NCBI GenBank assembly: GCA_035647455.1 | Contig: DASRNI010000028.1 | Span: forward strand, 138,736-202,735 | Reading direction: 5' to 3' | DNA: 64,000 nucleotides | Origin: Bacilli bacterium | Lineage (GTDB): Bacteria > Bacillota_I > Bacilli_A > RFN20 > CAG-826 | In this document: positions 60,676-64,000 of the stretch, piece after piece | Numbering within the stretch: the stretch's first letter is position 1 | How the letters are laid out: each line of letters starts with the position of its first letter | The notes under the pieces: generated by a model | What the model saw: the letters and a program-made list of their open reading frames with translations, nothing else | The model's database searches: none | Told to the model about the DNA's origin: nothing | Position numbers and translations under genes: made by a program

Positions 60676-62421
60676 GTGGAAACGTTACGAGAAATTTTAA
60701 ATAGCTACGGTATATATATCGCAATAATAGTGGCGATTGTTATTTTTATCATTGTTTTTACGACATTAACAATTAAATCAAACCGACGCTACAATGAACT
60801 TGAGAGTGAGACTTACACAAGCATTGCAACACCACGTATTTTCGCGCTGAACCTTAAAGAAAACAGCGTAATCTTTTTTAATCGCGGTAGTTATAACAAA
60901 CGTCGTGAAGGAACACTTGATTTATTTTACCAACAATTTTCCGCGCGTGAAGTTAATCGACTCCAAAAGTGGATTAATGACATTTTAACAACTGACGATT
61001 ATGAGAACTACTTTACAGTTGATGTTTTTGTAACGAAACTCAAACGCACCTTTAATTCGATTTTAATCGTAAAAGGGATCGACTTTACGAAAAAAACGAT
61101 TCACCTTGAGTCATATTTATTTCATAATATCTTACCGCGGAAACAAGTTAATCCGCGCATTGCAAAGAAACAAAGAATTGGTGAAGCAAACCAATCACTT
61201 TTAGAAAAACTATTTAATAAACATGGCACTAAAGGCTTTGGTTATTTTGGTGCAATCAGTTTAGCAACGCGTAAATCTAAAAAGGAATACGACTTTAACG
61301 TTGAACCACACTTTTTATTTGTGCTAAAAGATATCGCCGCAACGTACAAAACAAAAGTCCGTTTTGTGAGCCATCATGCAAAAAATCAAGTCGGGATTTA
61401 TTTTGTTCGTGAAATAAACTCGATGGAAGTTTATAATGTGATGCTCTTAATAAAAAAACAACTGGAAGCTTTTTTTGAACTTAACGGGGTCAACACTTAT
61501 TCAGTTGCTTATGCGATTGCTGAAGCAAAAGAATTTAGTGACTTTGCGACGTTCGCACGCACAACATTTGAACTCAGTGATATTGCGCATCGTCGCGTTG
61601 AGAAGATGATTGTGTATAATCCGCGTGATAAAGCTCGCGACTTTAATTTAACGTACTTTAGAAATGAAATTTTAAAAATAATTAATGACAATAAATTCGG
61701 TGTTAATTTTCAACCATTCGTCGACGCACAAACGTCAGAAATATTCGGTTATATTGCGAGTTACACAGTAAATCACAACTTATTCAAAACATTTAATGAA
61801 TTACAAGACTATGCACTTGTTACAAATTTAAATCAAAATCTCTTCCAAAAAACAATTGCAACAACGTTGACGGAATTTTATAATATGCGCCGCAACGAGA
61901 AACAGCATCTTTTCATCGCGTTTCCGCTTGACGAAGATTTAACCGCACTTAAAACATTTGAAGCTATAAGTTACGCACCACAAGTTAAAGTTGTTTTTAC
62001 AATTGGCGAAGAAGAAGTTGCTAAAATGTACAAAAATAGTGATGAAGAAATCGGCGTTAAGCTTAAAGCAATCAGTCGCAAGACGCCGCTTGCGTTAATT
62101 ATTCATGATACGGAGTTAACGCTGCCAAACGAACTTTATGCTCACTTTAAATACTTTATTGTTGATCACAAAATATTAAACAAAACGTTTAAGAATGAAC
62201 GCGAGCGTCTATTCTTACTCGCTTCACTTGGGAAGTTAATGCGTCACAACGTACCAATTATTTTCCATGAATTAATGAAATGGAGTGAAATAGAATACTA
62301 TATTCGGGCAGGTGCTGATTATGTTAGCAGCAACGAAATAAGTCGCGCGGATCCTAAACTTTTAAGTTTAGACAAGCGCAAAGCAATGCGGATTATTAAT
62401 TTTTCAAAACGGAAAGGATAA
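60676..62421 (+). CDS. Membrane-anchored protein with a C-terminal degenerate (probably non-catalytic) EAL-like domain. The N-terminal region is unassigned (possibly PAS-like plus degenerate GGDEF-like).
   Basis: GTG start. N-terminal TM helix IYIAIIVAIVIFIIVFTTLTI. The C-terminal ~240 aa track the EAL consensus block by block (FGVNFQPFVDAQTSEIFGY.., VVFTIGEEE, ALIIHDTE, YFIVDHKIL, IIFHELMKWSEIEYYIRAGADYVSS), but the catalytic residues are replaced. Confidence 0.6.
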   Translation: METLREILNSYGIYIAIIVAIVIFIIVFTTLTIKSNRRYNELESETYTSIATPRIFALNLKENSVIFFNRGSYNKRREGTLDLFYQQFSAREVNRLQKWINDILTTDDYENYFTVDVFVTKLKRTFNSILIVKGIDFTKKTIHLESYLFHNILPRKQVNPRIAKKQRIGEANQSLLEKLFNKHGTKGFGYFGAISLATRKSKKEYDFNVEPHFLFVLKDIAATYKTKVRFVSHHAKNQVGIYFVREINSMEVYNVMLLIKKQLEAFFELNGVNTYSVAYAIAEAKEFSDFATFARTTFELSDIAHRRVEKMIVYNPRDKARDFNLTYFRNEILKIINDNKFGVNFQPFVDAQTSEIFGYIASYTVNHNLFKTFNELQDYALVTNLNQNLFQKTIATTLTEFYNMRRNEKQHLFIAFPLDEDLTALKTFEAISYAPQVKVVFTIGEEEVAKMYKNSDEEIGVKLKAISRKTPLALIIHDTELTLPNELYAHFKYFIVDHKILNKTFKNERERLFLLASLGKLMRHNVPIIFHELMKWSEIEYYIRAGADYVSSNEISRADPKLLSLDKRKAMRIINFSKRKG

Positions 62422-62425
62422 AGAT

Positions 62426-63850
62426 ATGAAAAACGAAGCAATTACCCGACAAGAACATGATTTCGGTCAGTGGTACACTGATGTTTGTCGCAAGGCCGAG
62501 CTAATGGACTACAGTGATGTTAAAGGGTTTATAATTTACCGACCTTACGGCTATGCGATTTGGGAACACATTCAAAACTATTTAGATAAAGAGTTTAAAA
62601 AGACGGGGCATGAAAACGTCTATATGCCCCTGGTCATTCCTTCAAGTTTATTTCAAAAAGAAAAAGACCACATTGAAGGGTTCGCTCCGGAGACACTCGT
62701 GGCAACACATGGCGGTGGCCAAAAAATTGAAGATCCATTAATTATTCGCCCAACAAGTGAAGTGCTCTTTTGTGAACACTATGCGAAAATAATTAATTCA
62801 CACCGTGATTTACCGAAAAAATATAATCAGTGGTGTAGTGTCGTCCGTTGGGAAAAAACAACACGGCCATTTTTACGCGGCAGTGAGTTTTTATGGCAAG
62901 AAGGTCATACTGTTCATGAAACAGAGCATGAAGCGCGTGAACACGCTCTAACGATGCTTAAAGTTTACGAAAAGATGGGTCGTGAACTACTTGCGATTCC
63001 GTTCTTAACCGGTTCAAAGACCGAAAACGAAAAGTTTGCCGGTGCTGAAGAAACGTACACAATTGAAGCTTTAATGCCTGATGGTAAAGCGCTGCAAAGT
63101 GGAACGACACATTACTTTGGCCAAAAATTTGCGGAAGTGTTCAACATTCAATATCAAGATAAACAAAATAAACTACAATACGCTTACCAAACAAGTTTTG
63201 GTGTTTCAACCCGACTTATCGGTAGTGTAATTATGGTTCACGGTGATGATAACGGCCTTAACTTGCCGCCAATGATTGCTCCAATTCAAGTCGTTGTTAT
63301 TCCGATTCAACAACAACGCCCAGGTATTATCAGTAAAGCAAAACAATTAGTTGAGCGTCTAGAAGCAGTTGGTATCCGTGCAAAACTTGATGACTCAGAT
63401 AAAACTCCAGGTTGGAAATTTAGCGAATATGAAATGAAAGGTGTGCCAATTCGCTTAGAATTTGGCCCACGTGATTTAGCTGCTGGAAAAATTGGTGGTG
63501 CGATCCGCTTTAACCGCGAGAAGTTTAGTTTAGATGATCAAGAGTTAGAACAAGAAATTGTTTTAAAACTCGAACAAATTCAAAAAGAAATGTATTTGAA
63601 AGCATTGACTTATTTAGAAGAACATACAACAACCGTTCATACAATTAGTGAATTAGAAAGTGCGCTGAATACAAAACTTGGCTATGCTAAAATGATGTGG
63701 AGCGGCGATCAAGAAGATTTAGATGTGCTGAAAGAAAAGTACGCTGCAACGGCCCGGGCCCTGCCATTTAATCAAACACATTTCAGTGATAAATGCCTTG
63801 TTAGTGGCAAAGACGCAAAGTATGTTGTCATTATTGCGAAAGCTTATTAA
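62426..63850 (+). CDS. proS: Proline-tRNA ligase, archaeal/eukaryote-like architecture (no INS editing domain)
   Basis: 474 aa. Class II motifs (FRPTSE-like IIRPTSEV, RWEKTTRPFLRGSEFLWQEGH, GTTHYFGQ). C-terminal extension ends in the conserved Tyr (..IIAKAY). Confidence 0.93.
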   Translation: MKNEAITRQEHDFGQWYTDVCRKAELMDYSDVKGFIIYRPYGYAIWEHIQNYLDKEFKKTGHENVYMPLVIPSSLFQKEKDHIEGFAPETLVATHGGGQKIEDPLIIRPTSEVLFCEHYAKIINSHRDLPKKYNQWCSVVRWEKTTRPFLRGSEFLWQEGHTVHETEHEAREHALTMLKVYEKMGRELLAIPFLTGSKTENEKFAGAEETYTIEALMPDGKALQSGTTHYFGQKFAEVFNIQYQDKQNKLQYAYQTSFGVSTRLIGSVIMVHGDDNGLNLPPMIAPIQVVVIPIQQQRPGIISKAKQLVERLEAVGIRAKLDDSDKTPGWKFSEYEMKGVPIRLEFGPRDLAAGKIGGAIRFNREKFSLDDQELEQEIVLKLEQIQKEMYLKALTYLEEHTTTVHTISELESALNTKLGYAKMMWSGDQEDLDVLKEKYAATARALPFNQTHFSDKCLVSGKDAKYVVIIAKAY

Positions 63851-63898
63851 CTTTTTTATTTACAAACTAACATTTAATATGTTATTATTTAGCAAGAC

Positions 63899-63989
63899 GG
63901 AGTAGTACCCAAGTTGGTGAAGGGGCTTCCCTGCTAAGGAAGTAGGTCGGGTAACTGGCGCGTGAGTTCGAGTCTCACCTACTCCGCCA
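63899..63989 (+). tRNA. tRNA-Ser (anticodon GCU), CCA encoded
   Basis: GGAGTAGTACCCAAGTTGGTGAAGGGGCTTCC CTGCTAA GGAAG..long variable arm..GTTCGAGTC..CTACTCCGCCA. Confidence 0.9.
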
Positions 63990-64000
63990 TTCTTGCTAAA

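Noticed and set aside
1-64000. Possibility that the genome uses the Mycoplasma/Spiroplasma code (TGA = Trp), given the Mollicutes-like gene content
   Set aside because: Well-conserved genes end at TGA exactly where their homologues end (parB at 2415-2417, mutL at 24352-24354). All long ORFs are intact under the standard code with Trp encoded by TGG. Code 11 therefore fits.
1-64000. CRISPR arrays, transposases, integrases, prophage or toxin-antitoxin/defence islands
   Set aside because: Reading both strands, I found no regularly spaced direct repeats and no ORF with recombinase, transposase, phage-structural or recognisable defence-system motifs. Nearly every ORF longer than 100 aa has a housekeeping assignment.

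Overview
This is a low-GC segment that uses the standard genetic code: TGA is a stop (parB, mutL) and Trp is TGG. It starts at the origin-proximal gene set mnmG-rsmG-parA-parB. The content is overwhelmingly core housekeeping, with Bacillus-like synteny: cmk-der-gpsA-hup, dnaD-nth, recU/gpsB/rnpB, pgsA-cinA-recA, rny-ymdB-miaB-ymcA-mutS-mutL-miaA, and rpoE-fba. I can support about 70 CDS, 10 tRNA genes (all with encoded CCA), a type-B RNase P RNA, an FMN riboswitch ahead of ribU, a SAM-I-like riboswitch ahead of metK, several intrinsic terminators and several promoters. I saw no CRISPR array, transposase, integrase, prophage or recognisable defence island. The lineage looks like a Firmicutes/Tenericutes organism, possibly Acholeplasma-like and wall-less. 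That is inference from lipoboxes, a glutaminase-dead GlmS and recU without ponA. I do not see one clear-cut novel system. The best candidates for a second look are: (1) a membrane protein with a fully degenerate EAL domain, coupled to proS; (2) an asymmetric MacB/FtsX-type ABC system whose free ATPase lacks a canonical start codon; (3) GlmS without its catalytic Cys; (4) ParB with degenerate CTP-binding boxes; (5) a recurrent (TGn)TAWAAT-N6-ATG arrangement implying leaderless mRNAs for at least eight genes; (6) an ASCH-domain gene wedged between two tRNA genes; (7) a trimmed SAM-I-like riboswitch; (8) a convergently overlapping pair of unknown membrane/secreted proteins. All calls come from reading the sequence and ORF translations by eye and from remembered family motifs. 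No searches were run.
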